A DNA stretch of 53,253 bases, from the NCBI GenBank assembly GCA_047619315.1, contig JBLHKB010000002.1, positions 1 through 53,253 on the forward strand, given 5' to 3'. The position numbers were made by a program, and so were the translations under genes. This DNA is from Polyangiales bacterium. Its GTDB lineage: Bacteria > Myxococcota_A > Polyangia > Polyangiales > Houyiibacteriaceae. Below are positions 29,650 through 39,583 of this stretch, in pieces (the stretch's first letter is position 1; each line of letters opens with the position of its first letter). The notes beneath the pieces are model-generated. The model was not told the DNA's origin and searched no databases. It worked only from the letters and a program-made list of their open reading frames with translations.

Positions 29650-29927
29650 GAGCCGTGGGAGCCGTGACTTCCATGAGAGCCATGACTTCCGTGGGAGCCA
29701 TGACTTCCGTGGGAGCCGTGACTTCCATGGGAGCCGTGACTTCCGTGGGAGCCGTGACTTCCGTGGGAGCAATGTTGAGCGCCGCGCTGAGCGCCGCCCA
29801 TGATGCCACCGCCCTCGTCGGCGTTCTTACGCGCTCGTTCCGAGAGCTCGCGCTGCTGGACATTGAGTCCACCCGCGGCGTCTTTGTCGAAGGAGGGGAG
29901 CTCGTCCCAGTCGTCGGCTTCGGCCAT
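29643..29927 (-). CDS. hxsA: His-Xaa-Ser repeat precursor peptide (HxsA-type), core HCS-(HGS)13-W
   Basis: 51-aa leader ending AQ, then 14 HxS triads and a terminal Trp; directly upstream of the HxsC-like gene, with hxsB/hxsD in the window. Confidence 0.9.
   Translation of the reverse strand: MAEADDWDELPSFDKDAAGGLNVQQRELSERARKNADEGGGIMGGAQRGAQHCSHGSHGSHGSHGSHGSHGSHGSHGSHGSHGSHGSHGSHGSW
29649..29774. repeat. 9/18-bp coding tandem repeat encoding the HGS triads
   Basis: Minus-strand unit tcccacggaagtcacggc with synonymous CAT/CAC variation. Confidence 0.92.
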
Positions 29928-29933
29928 GGAGGC

Positions 29934-29942
29934 AGTATAGCA
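29934..29942 (-). promoter_or_regulatory. Extended -10 promoter (TGCTATACT) of hxsA, probably leaderless
   Basis: TG-C-TATACT followed by 6 nt and the ATG; no SD. Confidence 0.65.
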
Positions 29943-30034
29943 AAAAGCGTGGGGAGCAGCATCCTTTGACGAGAGAGTCTCGTTTTCAGGGATTTCCGGT
30001 AGCGATCGCCCTACTCTGGCCGATCGCAGTCCAC

Positions 30035-30472
30035 TTAGCCGGCGTCGCCGGGGTTCGGAGCACTGCCGGTTTCAGCTCGCATCCGCGCGAGAGCGAAGGC
30101 GCCGCGGATCGCTCCGAAGAAGGCAGCGCCGAAGATGAGCGTGAAGACGATGCCGCTGGTCGGGGTCTCACCCGCCTCGACGGCCAGGACCATTCCCAAG
30201 ACGCGTTCCAGTCCATAGAAGATGAGGAGGAGCACCGCCGCCACGCGCGAGTGCTTGTACACACCAAAGCCGAGGGCTGCGAAGATCGTCACATCGATGA
30301 GAGACCAAAAATCGAAGCCCATCGCCTGAACAAGCCCGACCCCTGCGAGGCTGAGCCCGACCGCGATGCCCGTCATCCCAGCAATGAACCACGCGAGCTG
30401 CGCCGCCTGCTTGCAGGCTGCTTTCGCGTTCTCCGGTAAGCTGACGTCAGGCCAAAGGAAGTTGTTCGACAT
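30035..30472 (-). CDS. Small multi-pass membrane protein
   Basis: MSNNFLWP start; four hydrophobic helices. Confidence 0.75.
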   Translation of the reverse strand: MSNNFLWPDVSLPENAKAACKQAAQLAWFIAGMTGIAVGLSLAGVGLVQAMGFDFWSLIDVTIFAALGFGVYKHSRVAAVLLLIFYGLERVLGMVLAVEAGETPTSGIVFTLIFGAAFFGAIRGAFALARMRAETGSAPNPGDAG

Positions 30473-30558
30473 ACGAGAGAGGACCACACTCGATCGAGCG
30501 GGTCCAGGCTCGCACGCGTGTGCCGAGGAGAAGCGCGAGCGCAATCCCGGTAGAGACT

Positions 30559-32037
30559 TCACTCCGCCGGGCGCACCCAGCGGTCGCGGTGTGCGTTGCA
30601 GCCGTTTTCTACGCACACGTTCATCGGGGGTGGCAAGCCGTCTGTTTGGATAGCGGCGAGTTCGATGGGGGCAAGGCCCACCCGAAGCGCCGCAAAGACG
30701 ACGCCGGTCTGGTCCATGACACTGACGCGAATCACACCGGAAAGCACGGCACTCTCTCCCTCTGCAGCCACGGGCACGTTCCAGACCTCTTCACCATTAC
30801 CTGTGAATCGCTGCAGACCGGGGGCTATACGACCACCTACCCAGTCACCACCATCGAGCCACCGGGAAAAAACAGGATTGTATTGGCCTTCCCACGCGAT
30901 GGTGCGGGGCTGCAAGTCGTAGGGTGGGTCGAGGGCGAACAGTGCCCCCGCCGCTGCGTCGAAGAAAATGACGGCGCCCGTGGGGGACAAGTTTCCGTTG
31001 GCGATTCCCTCGAGTCGAGTTTCGTTCCCACCCGCGAGCACGACAAGGTCGGAGTCTTCACCGTCCGTGACGTGATAAATGGATGTCGCCGGCGCCTCGA
31101 GCTCGCCAATTAGCGCAAGAAGCTTGTCGCGTTCGATGGCGATGGGTTGAGACGTTTGAATCTCGCGGGTGTCGGGATTGACGCGATACACTCGCTGCCC
31201 ACCTGAAAGCACCAGCGAGCCGTCCGTTTCAACTCGAAGATAGGAAAAACTGGAGGCAAAAGGAATGCTTGGTTCGATTTCCTCGTTCGTCAGGGTCCAC
31301 ATGAGCCGCTCGCCCTGGCAGGTGGCATAGAGCTTGTTGCCGCCCGTTGCGTAGACCATGCCGCCGGGTCCTACAGCGAGCGCTGTGTGGTATTCAAGAC
31401 CGCGGATAGGGGCGCCGCCGGTGGCATTCGCGGCTGGGGAGAAGGGTGCTCTGGGGTCCATGACCCTCAAACCGCCCACACGCGGATGTTGGTCCTCCGA
31501 GTAGATGGCGGCGACAACTCGGCCATCCGGCAGCGGAAGGAGCGGACCGAGACGCGCAGAGATCCCGGGGTCGTTCTCGTCGGCGCCGCCGGCTCGAAAC
31601 CAGCGCCGCATGAGGCCATCGCGAGAGAGCTGCGTCACGTGCGCGGCCCGCGGGCCGCGCACCCAAATCGTCCCATCGGGACTGACCACGGGCTCGGACA
31701 CACCGGAGTAGAAGGCAGCGACTGGACCTGAGTAGCGTGGGTCGTTGGCGGGCCGGTAGCGCCAGAGAAGGCGCGGCGTGGCGTCGCCTGGAAGACCGCG
31801 CGGCATCGGCTCCACGGGGACCCAGTCTTCGCACGGCTCCGTGCTTTGGACGGTGATCACCGGTTCGTGACGCCACTCCGCCGGCGGGCCTGATGAGTCC
31901 TGAACATCCGGCGGGCCGACATCCGTGACGTCCACATCTTCAGTTCCGACGTCCACGGATGAGTCGGCCTCGCTATCGTCGCCGCAGCCAAGGGCGAACA
32001 CGATAAGAAGAGCAGAGCAGTGGATTAGCGTCCGCAT
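30559..32037 (-). CDS. Lipoprotein, beta-propeller-like (paralogue A)
   Basis: MRTLIHCSALLIVFALGC lipobox; VSPDGTIWV and AVGPGGMVYA blade-like motifs. Confidence 0.8.
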   Translation of the reverse strand: MRTLIHCSALLIVFALGCGDDSEADSSVDVGTEDVDVTDVGPPDVQDSSGPPAEWRHEPVITVQSTEPCEDWVPVEPMPRGLPGDATPRLLWRYRPANDPRYSGPVAAFYSGVSEPVVSPDGTIWVRGPRAAHVTQLSRDGLMRRWFRAGGADENDPGISARLGPLLPLPDGRVVAAIYSEDQHPRVGGLRVMDPRAPFSPAANATGGAPIRGLEYHTALAVGPGGMVYATGGNKLYATCQGERLMWTLTNEEIEPSIPFASSFSYLRVETDGSLVLSGGQRVYRVNPDTREIQTSQPIAIERDKLLALIGELEAPATSIYHVTDGEDSDLVVLAGGNETRLEGIANGNLSPTGAVIFFDAAAGALFALDPPYDLQPRTIAWEGQYNPVFSRWLDGGDWVGGRIAPGLQRFTGNGEEVWNVPVAAEGESAVLSGVIRVSVMDQTGVVFAALRVGLAPIELAAIQTDGLPPPMNVCVENGCNAHRDRWVRPAE

Positions 32038-32134
32038 GTCAAACCGAAGCGTAGCAGGCATAACTACCTTCCGCGGCTGACCGAGAAACACGGGCTGCGT
32101 TAGCCGGTACTCGGCGGGTTTAGTCGGCAGCAGT

Positions 32135-33631
32135 CTACTCCGCCGGCCGAACCCACCGGTCCCGGTGCGCGTTGCATCCTTCTTGAACGCACACGCTCAT
32201 GGGTGGCGGCAAGCCGTCCGTCTGGAACGCCGCGAGCTCGATAGAGGCGATGCCAACGACGACAGAAGAGAAGACGACGCCGGTCTCATCCATCGTCATC
32301 ATTGGAGTTACACCACCCGTCCCCACGTCCTCGCCATCCATAGAGATAGGCGCGTTCCAGACCTCTTCACCGGCCGTATTGAACCGGGTGATCCCGTTCC
32401 CGAGGCGCACCCAGTCGCCGCTCTCAAACCACCACGAAATCTCGTTATCGAACGGCCCATCGCCGGGGACTGCACGAGGCTCCCCTGTGTAAGGCGGGTC
32501 AAGTACCAGCGGCTGGCCGCTCCAATAGTGGACGGAACCAGTCGGTGAGATACTCCCGGAGCCGGATAGGGCACCAGCAAGTTGAACTTGCGCACCCCTC
32601 GTCACGACGACCATATCGCTCTCGCGGTCGTCGGACACGTACATCAGTGAACTCGTCAGCGTCGTTCCGACTAGTGAGACAACCTCATTTCGCTCCAAGG
32701 CGACTGGTTGAGAGGCCTCCACTTGATGAGAGCTCGGGTCTACGTAGTAGAGTCTCTGCATTCCACCGGAGAGAACCACGGTTCCATCCGCTTCGACCCG
32801 AAAGTAGGTAAACCGGCCCTCGCCCACGCCCGGCTCGATGAGCTCGTTGGTCAGCGTCCACATGAGCCGCTCTCCGCGACAGGTCGCGTAGAGCTTGTTG
32901 CCCCCCGTCGCGTACACCATGCCCCCAGGGCCCACCGCTAGCTTTGTGTTGGAGTCGAGGCCGGACAGACGCGCGCCGCTCACTGCGGGCGTAGCCGGGG
33001 AAAAGCTACCACTCGGGTCCATGACCGTTAGAACTCCGGGAAAGCTCTCGTCCACCCATGCGACCGAGGCAACAACGCGGCCGTCCGGCAGGGGGAGTAG
33101 AGGGCCCAGACTGTACAGAATCTTCGGATCGTTCTCATCGGCGCCGCCGGCGAGAAACCACCTGCGCATGAGGCCATCGCGGGAGAGCTGCGTCACGTGG
33201 GCCGCGCGAGGTCCGTGTACCCAAATCGTGCCGTCGGGGCTCACGACCGGCTCCGAGACATTGGAAAGGAAAATTGCGTCGGGCCCGGAGTAGCGTGGGT
33301 CGTTGGCGGGCCGGTAGCGCCAGAGAAGGCGCGGCGTGGCGTCGTCGGGAAGGCCGCGCGGCATCGGCTCCACGGGGACCCAGTCTTCGCAAGGCTCGGC
33401 GCTTTGCACCGTGATCACGGGCTCGTGGCGCCACGGCGCCGGCGGTCCGGAGGAGTCTCGCGCGTCGGGGCCGCCGGTGTCTTGAACATCGACCTCTTGC
33501 GCGTCTGCCTCTTGCGCATCGACGTCTTCGCTGCCGGCGTCCTCGGACGCGTCCGGCACGGCGTCGTCGCCGCAGCCGACGACGGATGCGAGCAAGAGTA
33601 ACAGCACCAGGCCGCGGTCTATTCCGTGCAT
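32135..33631 (-). CDS. Lipoprotein, beta-propeller-like (paralogue B)
   Basis: Lipobox SVVGC; shares long identical blocks with paralogue A. Confidence 0.8.
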   Translation of the reverse strand: MHGIDRGLVLLLLLASVVGCGDDAVPDASEDAGSEDVDAQEADAQEVDVQDTGGPDARDSSGPPAPWRHEPVITVQSAEPCEDWVPVEPMPRGLPDDATPRLLWRYRPANDPRYSGPDAIFLSNVSEPVVSPDGTIWVHGPRAAHVTQLSRDGLMRRWFLAGGADENDPKILYSLGPLLPLPDGRVVASVAWVDESFPGVLTVMDPSGSFSPATPAVSGARLSGLDSNTKLAVGPGGMVYATGGNKLYATCRGERLMWTLTNELIEPGVGEGRFTYFRVEADGTVVLSGGMQRLYYVDPSSHQVEASQPVALERNEVVSLVGTTLTSSLMYVSDDRESDMVVVTRGAQVQLAGALSGSGSISPTGSVHYWSGQPLVLDPPYTGEPRAVPGDGPFDNEISWWFESGDWVRLGNGITRFNTAGEEVWNAPISMDGEDVGTGGVTPMMTMDETGVVFSSVVVGIASIELAAFQTDGLPPPMSVCVQEGCNAHRDRWVRPAE

Positions 33632-36600
33632 ATTACCTCCTCATCTGGAGGTATGTACGCGCCGGGGTTATTCGTGCGGTCGCTTTCATCGACGCTCGTG
33701 GAAGCGAGGGGTCCGCACGTGCCGTTGCTCTGTGGCTCGGGGTGACGCGGAGGCATAACGCACCGGACGCTCGAATCGTAGGGCGTGACAACGAAGTCGC
33801 TCGTTCCTGTTGGCGCGTCTCGGCGGGTGAGGTACTGGCACATGGCCCAGGCCATCTGTGCGTTGTCGTTGTAGTCGCAGTAGAGCGTCGGGTTGTGGCC
33901 CTCGGCAAAGGGAGACTGGGTGATGTGGGAAGGCCGCGCTGCGCCCGCAAAATCGAGGCTCGCCGAATAACAAAACGTTCCCCCAGTGCAGGTTAGGTCC
34001 GTCGGACGACCTGGCGCGTAGCCCGTCGTATTGCAGGCGGTAGGCACACCCAACGGCGCGTCGTCACACCGCCGATGAAGGTTCCGGTAGGCCCGTAGTC
34101 CCGCACGCCCGGCGCTGCGGTCGTCATAGACCAGCGCCACACCGGACTCGCTCCGCTCTCCGGTCTCTAGCGCCTTGCTGTCCGGGTCGGTCCAGTTGGT
34201 GAAGTTCGGCAGCTCCGCCCGCGTCTCGAGTAGGACGTTGTCGTTGTCTCGGTACATGACGAAGAACTCCGGCGCCGTGGTGCCAGGCGGCGCGGGCGCG
34301 ACGGCGAGCTCGATATCGGTGCCTACTCCTTGGGTCGATGGCACCGTGGTCTCATAGGTCCACGTGGTGTTCACTCCGGCACCCGCGGGCACGCTGTAGA
34401 TTCGGATCCCCGTGACGGAGCTATGCCTGGCGGCGAGATAGACTTTGTCGCCGTAGGCCACTGCGCCCACGTCGCCGTAGCTGTAGTGCGTGCCGCTGCT
34501 CAAGCTCGTCTGCACCTGCGCGGACCCGGTCCACGTGTTTGAGCCCGAAGGGAGGAAGCGCTGCCGAAGCACGGAGTTTGAGTCCTGATAGATCATGAGC
34601 ACGCCGCCGTGCGGATTGCTCGCGCTTTGGGGCACTTCCACCAGTGTGGCGTCGACCTGCGTGTTGTTGGTGGTGTAGCCGGGGAATACGCCGCCCAAGT
34701 GCAGCGTGGCGTTGACGCTTCCTCCTCCGCCTGCCTGTACCCTGTACGTCTGCCAGCGAAGCTGCGTTCCGACGCGGTACACGAGCGCCATGCCGGCTGC
34801 CGTGCCGCCGCCGGACGCCGGAATCCGGGTGGACGCTACACTCACGGCGTCGGCGCTAAGCCCCGTCGGCACAGCGTCTCCCAAGTCAATGCAGGAGCCG
34901 TAGGACCAAGAGCTGCCCGACAGCGTGGGTACAATGTTGCAGACGCCGTCGCGATTCCACTTCAGAAAAACAGTTCCAGGCAGACCGAGTTCATGATGGT
35001 AGTCGACGTAGGCGAAGACGAGAAAGTCATCGATGATCGCTGCGTCCATGTGAGAGCCGTAGATGGACGTGTTCAAGTCCCAGTCGTCATGCGACTTGCC
35101 GGCTGACTCTCGCGCGTTCCGGCCGTTTTCTAAGTCACGGTATCTGCCCCAAATCGTCGGATTCATGTCGATGACATTGTTCCCGTTCCAATCGACGTCT
35201 TCGTTAAACTCGCCCCCGGGTACATTTACCTGTGGTGGTGGGTCGCCTTCTGGAACGACTGGCCACACATCTACAGTTGGCGAACCTTGACGGAGCGCGC
35301 CGACGACGTCGGGATGGGTTCCCCCGAAAGGAGTGTTTTCGTTGGCACTCCTGGAGCTAACGGCCCCTTCGATGGCGCCGCTTGAGAATGCGAGGCCGTT
35401 GGACACAACACCCTGGAAACGGTAGTTGATACGCGACGGGTAGCTGGGCCGATTATTCGCTCCGTTGTCCTCTTCCGCAGAGGTGCCGTAGGGCCCTCCG
35501 TGGTTCAAGCCGAGCATGTGACCGATTTCGTGAACATGGGAGGTGGTGTTTCTTGCGTAGTAACAGTTCCCGCCGGCCTTCGCTCCCAGCGTGTCGAGGC
35601 CCCACCGGAACAACCAGGCGCGCGCCGGACTCAAATCCGAGGCGCAATCGGCACGGTAGTTGTTCGTCAGGTAGCAGGTGTTGCCGCCGCCCCAGTCTCC
35701 CCAGGACACGTCCGTTGCGTTCGGGTTCGCCACGCCCACATCAAAGTGAAGGGTGATGCCGTCGGAGCCGTCTGGGTTCAGACTGCCGGGCAGCGCCACA
35801 TTGTCATAGATCTCTTGGGCGCGTACGAAGAAGTCCTCGTTGCTGGCGGGGTTGGTGTTGCCCAGCAGTCGCGGGTCTCTCGCGTTGTTCCCCAGTGCAA
35901 AACCATCGCACACCGTAGCCGTAGAGCCGACCCGGTCCGTCGTGTGCATCTCGATGAACACATCCTTATGCAGCGGGTCCGCACCGAAGCGAGCCATCTG
36001 CGTCGTGATGCCGCCATAGCCGTACACCTCGACGTCGTCGCGCAAACCGTCATGGTCCGTGTCTCGCAGGTGAGCGGCGCATGACTGGGTCCGGCAGACG
36101 CCGGCGATGCATTCCTCTGTGCTGTCGCACTGTGAGCATGAGCCGCCGTTGACCTGACACTCCGCAAATCGTCCGTCACACGTCTGACCCGTCGCCAGCA
36201 TGTCGTTGACACCATCGCAGGTGCCGAGTGACGCCTCCAGCGCCGTGCCCAATCCATCGCGATCCGCGTCATTGTTGAACCAGTCGTTTTTGAGAAGGCG
36301 AACAGCGCCCACGTTGGAGGCGCCCCAGCCGCCGTAGATGATCTCGCGATTTCCCGGCGGTATGTACTGGTCTCCCGTGTCGGCTTCCGCGAGGCCCGTG
36401 GCGATATCACTGACGGTACTCAGGAAGTGAATGTCCTGGTCGTTGGCCACCATGATCATGTGCCGAGCGGAGTTGCCTGGCATGTGTGCTGTTGACCAAT
36501 GCTGGCGGCCAGCAACGATGGTCCTCTCCACGCGTGCGCCACCCACCGTCACAATACCCGTGCTTCCGAAGAAGCCGGCCATAGGCCCGCTGCTGGCCAG

Positions 36601-37011
36601 CGTTGGGTCGTACGCATGAATCTGTGTGTCGGCTGGCGTTTGGGTTCGCCAAGCACGTGCGATGAGGAACGCTGCCGTTGGCGAGTTGGTATTGTTCGTC
36701 CACTGAAAACACGAAGGGCCCCACTCAAACTGGCCGTTGTGCAGGCAACCGTCGGCGCCTTCCAGTGTGTCCTGGTTGGCCCAATCGTAGAGCGTGAGCA
36801 CGGTGTCGGGCCACTGGCCTCCCATGTTGTAGTCGGTCCGAAACTCGAAGGTCGTGTTGGCGGGGATGACGACGTAACCCATCCAAAGTTGGTGGCCGAT
36901 GGAGTACGTGCTTTCCACCTGGGCGCTGCCAGCGTTCGGCGCACAAATCACTGCCGCGAAGATAGCGAGTCGCAACGCGAGCCCGAGTCCGTTTGGTCGA
37001 AGGCGGTTCAT
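33619..37011 (-). CDS. Large secreted zinc metalloprotease-like protein
   Basis: Signal peptide; HEIGHMLGLNH (HExxHxxGxxH); Ca-binding DADRDG and DTDHDG repeats; beta-rich C-terminus. Confidence 0.75.
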   Translation of the reverse strand: MNRLRPNGLGLALRLAIFAAVICAPNAGSAQVESTYSIGHQLWMGYVVIPANTTFEFRTDYNMGGQWPDTVLTLYDWANQDTLEGADGCLHNGQFEWGPSCFQWTNNTNSPTAAFLIARAWRTQTPADTQIHAYDPTLASSGPMAGFFGSTGIVTVGGARVERTIVAGRQHWSTAHMPGNSARHMIMVANDQDIHFLSTVSDIATGLAEADTGDQYIPPGNREIIYGGWGASNVGAVRLLKNDWFNNDADRDGLGTALEASLGTCDGVNDMLATGQTCDGRFAECQVNGGSCSQCDSTEECIAGVCRTQSCAAHLRDTDHDGLRDDVEVYGYGGITTQMARFGADPLHKDVFIEMHTTDRVGSTATVCDGFALGNNARDPRLLGNTNPASNEDFFVRAQEIYDNVALPGSLNPDGSDGITLHFDVGVANPNATDVSWGDWGGGNTCYLTNNYRADCASDLSPARAWLFRWGLDTLGAKAGGNCYYARNTTSHVHEIGHMLGLNHGGPYGTSAEEDNGANNRPSYPSRINYRFQGVVSNGLAFSSGAIEGAVSSRSANENTPFGGTHPDVVGALRQGSPTVDVWPVVPEGDPPPQVNVPGGEFNEDVDWNGNNVIDMNPTIWGRYRDLENGRNARESAGKSHDDWDLNTSIYGSHMDAAIIDDFLVFAYVDYHHELGLPGTVFLKWNRDGVCNIVPTLSGSSWSYGSCIDLGDAVPTGLSADAVSVASTRIPASGGGTAAGMALVYRVGTQLRWQTYRVQAGGGGSVNATLHLGGVFPGYTTNNTQVDATLVEVPQSASNPHGGVLMIYQDSNSVLRQRFLPSGSNTWTGSAQVQTSLSSGTHYSYGDVGAVAYGDKVYLAARHSSVTGIRIYSVPAGAGVNTTWTYETTVPSTQGVGTDIELAVAPAPPGTTAPEFFVMYRDNDNVLLETRAELPNFTNWTDPDSKALETGERSESGVALVYDDRSAGRAGLRAYRNLHRRCDDAPLGVPTACNTTGYAPGRPTDLTCTGGTFCYSASLDFAGAARPSHITQSPFAEGHNPTLYCDYNDNAQMAWAMCQYLTRRDAPTGTSDFVVTPYDSSVRCVMPPRHPEPQSNGTCGPLASTSVDESDRTNNPGAYIPPDEEVICTE

Positions 37012-37613
37012 CGCTCACCTCGCCGAGGTGGCCACACCAGGTCAGCGGGTCGCCCCGTGGCCTGTCGTTCGCTCAGTTCGGCGGCGTGCTGAATTGCATC
37101 TTGCCGCATTTCTTCCAGCTGGTCTGGCGTCGGCAAGTGCGCGGGTGGGGCAAACATCCTCTGCACGTCTGCTTCGGACGCACCCGACTCGCGAAGTGCA
37201 CGCATCACTTCTTGCTGCGACTCCTGAGCGACTGCTTCACGCGCTTCGTGACTGCGAAACTCGGCGGCAGGCTCCTCCGGCTCAAGGCGAGCAAGCATCT
37301 CCTCCTGGTCTTCCGCCAAGTCGTTCATCATCGCTTCACGCATGGCGCGATAGCGTTCTTCGATGTCGCGGCCGGTGTTGATGTCGGCTTCCCGTCCGAG
37401 TAGGCCGTCGGCTCGCGCTCTTTCGTTGGTGAGCTCGTTGGCCAGCTCCGCCATGCCTCGAACTCGCGCCTCGGGAGTCGCCTGCGCGCGTACTTCTTCG
37501 TAACGCGAGCTCTCCGCGTGGGAGAGGTTGGCGCTACTAACGCCTATCCCCCCCCCATTTTCAGCACACCCAACGAGCACCAGGACTCCAAACCACAAAC
37601 TAGCGTTCCGCAT
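37008..37613 (-). CDS. Lipoprotein, hypothetical
   Basis: MRNASLWFGVLVLVGC; ATGA overlap with the protease gene. Confidence 0.75.
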   Translation of the reverse strand: MRNASLWFGVLVLVGCAENGGGIGVSSANLSHAESSRYEEVRAQATPEARVRGMAELANELTNERARADGLLGREADINTGRDIEERYRAMREAMMNDLAEDQEEMLARLEPEEPAAEFRSHEAREAVAQESQQEVMRALRESGASEADVQRMFAPPAHLPTPDQLEEMRQDAIQHAAELSERQATGRPADLVWPPRRGER

Positions 37614-37697
37614 CTTTTCCCCTTCGCACAAGCAGACCTCATGCTCCGGCTTTTGTCGCACCTTGAACGGGTTGGGTGAGGTGCTTTTCTGAAATGC

Positions 37698-39275
37698 CTA
37701 CTCGGGCGAGTCCTGGATGAAATGCTCGCGGGGACGATGTGTCGTCCAGCGCTCAAGGACGTCGATGGTCTCTTGGTCGCCGGAGCCGAGGAGCTCGAAG
37801 AGGTAGTCCTGGATTCCCTTGTGGACTTGGCAGAGCGTGGACTCGCGCATGCGGCCGAAGAGCGAGCCCTGCATCTTGTGCGTGTGAACAGGCGGGATGC
37901 CGCAGTAGGGCTGGTAGGGGCAGTGTACACAGTCTGGCTGCGTGGACAGCTGCCCAGCGATGACCACGGCACGCACGGTCTCGTGGCCGACGATGTCGCG
38001 GTAGGTGCTGGTGAAGACATCTCCGAGCATGAATGTGTCGTCGCCCATCTCGTGGAGCATTCGGCCTTCGTCGCAGGTGAACATCTTACCGTCGTAGTTG
38101 TAGGCGAGCTGTCCAATGCCGGCGCCGCCGGGCTGGCGGATGTCGAGGAAGTTCGGGTCCTCGCCGCGGAGGATCTTCGTCAGGAAGATGGCGGCGTAGC
38201 GCTCGAGGATCTCGGCGCCACCTTTGTTTAGCTCGATCATGTAGTCGACGGAGTTGCGGTAGTACTCGAGGTACTCCTCGCGCGGGTACTCGATGCGGTC
38301 GCCGGTTCGTTCGGCGAAGCCGAAGGGATCAAGAGGCCGCAAGAAGAGCGCGCGACAGCCGAGGGCGAGGTAGGTGTCGACGAGCTCTTTGTGTTTGCTG
38401 AGGAGCGGCCGCGTCGTCGTGACGAGGGCTTCGACGTGATAGAGCGTCTCGTCGAGTTTCATCTCGGCGTAGCGCTTGTTGATCTTCTCGATCCACTGGG
38501 ACGCCAGAGCGTGACCGCTCGCGCCGTACACCTTCGGGAGCTTGCGGTGCTTGTCGTGGATCTCCGGCGGGCCGTCGATGGAGGTGCAGATCTGCACGCG
38601 GTTTTCGACGAGGTAGTCGAGCTTCTCGTCGTCCATCAGCGACAGGTTGCTCACCATGGTGAACTCAAGCTCCTTCTTCGCCGTCTCGTTCTTCGCCCGC
38701 GCGTACGTGATGACGTGCTTGACGATGTCGAAGGCCACGAGGGGTTCGCCGCCCTGAAACTCGATGGTGACGGACGGGTTCGTCGTCTGGAAGATCATGT
38801 CGATGCATTTTTCAGCGATCTCCGGCGTCATGTCCGTGTGCACAGCGTCCATGTTGGCGCGGGATGCGTGGCAGTAAACGCAGGTGGTGTTGCAGCGCAA
38901 CGTCACGACGAGGATGTGCAGATTCGGCCCGGCGCCGACGAAGTTACGGCGCGCTTGAAGCATCCGCGCTGCTGCAGGAACGTCGGTGTGAAGCCGAAGG
39001 AAGTTCCGCTCCTTCAGGCGCGCGAAGAGATCCGCGCTCTCGCCCTTCTCCGTCGCTTCGCCCGCGGCGAAGGTCTTGAACTCGGCATCGCTGAGGACAA
39101 GCCAGCGGCCTTCGAGGTTGGTGATGACGACGCGCTCGTTGTGGAGCCGGCGAAAACGGAAGTACGCCGGAGCGCCTTCGCTCGTCGCATCGGCGAAGCT
39201 CACGCCGGCGCGAAAGAGCTCGCCCTCTCGTCCAGTGTTGCCGCGCTCACGCGGCGTAACGGCTTGCTCAGTCAT
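37698..39275 (-). CDS. hxsB: His-Xaa-Ser system radical SAM maturase HxsB
   Basis: N-terminal PAYFRF..VVITNLEG; LHILVVTLRCNTTCVYCHASR; TIEFQGGEP; TSIDGP..HD; GAGIGQLAYNYDG..TCDEGRM; CVHCPYQPYCG SPASM. Confidence 0.92.
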   Translation of the reverse strand: MTEQAVTPRERGNTGREGELFRAGVSFADATSEGAPAYFRFRRLHNERVVITNLEGRWLVLSDAEFKTFAAGEATEKGESADLFARLKERNFLRLHTDVPAAARMLQARRNFVGAGPNLHILVVTLRCNTTCVYCHASRANMDAVHTDMTPEIAEKCIDMIFQTTNPSVTIEFQGGEPLVAFDIVKHVITYARAKNETAKKELEFTMVSNLSLMDDEKLDYLVENRVQICTSIDGPPEIHDKHRKLPKVYGASGHALASQWIEKINKRYAEMKLDETLYHVEALVTTTRPLLSKHKELVDTYLALGCRALFLRPLDPFGFAERTGDRIEYPREEYLEYYRNSVDYMIELNKGGAEILERYAAIFLTKILRGEDPNFLDIRQPGGAGIGQLAYNYDGKMFTCDEGRMLHEMGDDTFMLGDVFTSTYRDIVGHETVRAVVIAGQLSTQPDCVHCPYQPYCGIPPVHTHKMQGSLFGRMRESTLCQVHKGIQDYLFELLGSGDQETIDVLERWTTHRPREHFIQDSPE

Positions 39276-39583
39276 GAGGGCTCCTCTTCTTTCTCGGTGC
39301 TGTTGTCGGCGGCGTTGTCTTCGGCGGCGTTCTTATCAGCGGCGGCGGTGACGGCTTCCGCTTTTGCGGCGGCAATGCCGTGGCGCACGGCAAGGCCAAG
39401 GGCGTAGTTTCCGAGTTCGCCTTCAAGGCGCTTCTCTCGCTCGGGCGTCGAAGCGCTGACGTCGATGCGCCAGTGGGTGTCTTCGTCGGCGCGCTCGAAG
39501 GTGCCGAAGCGCTCGTACACTTGGACGGCGGCGTCGACTTGCTCGCCGGGATAGACCGCCTTCGGAAAACGAAGGGTTCTCAC
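39272..39583 (-). CDS. HxsD-like protein
   Basis: F.KAVY....VDAAVQVY...GELGNYAL pattern; translationally coupled between hxsD and hxsB. Confidence 0.7.
   Translation of the reverse strand: MRTLRFPKAVYPGEQVDAAVQVYERFGTFERADEDTHWRIDVSASTPEREKRLEGELGNYALGLAVRHGIAAAKAEAVTAAADKNAAEDNAADNSTEKEEEPS

Noticed and set aside
29650-29772. LPRKSR-repeat N-terminal extension of the HxsC-like ORF
   Set aside because: It is the alternative frame of the HGS repeat; synonymous variation preserves HGS, and a coupled GTG lies at 29649.
29966-37690. Cassette as a defined mobile element
   Set aside because: No transposase, integrase, terminal inverted repeats or target-site duplication could be identified.
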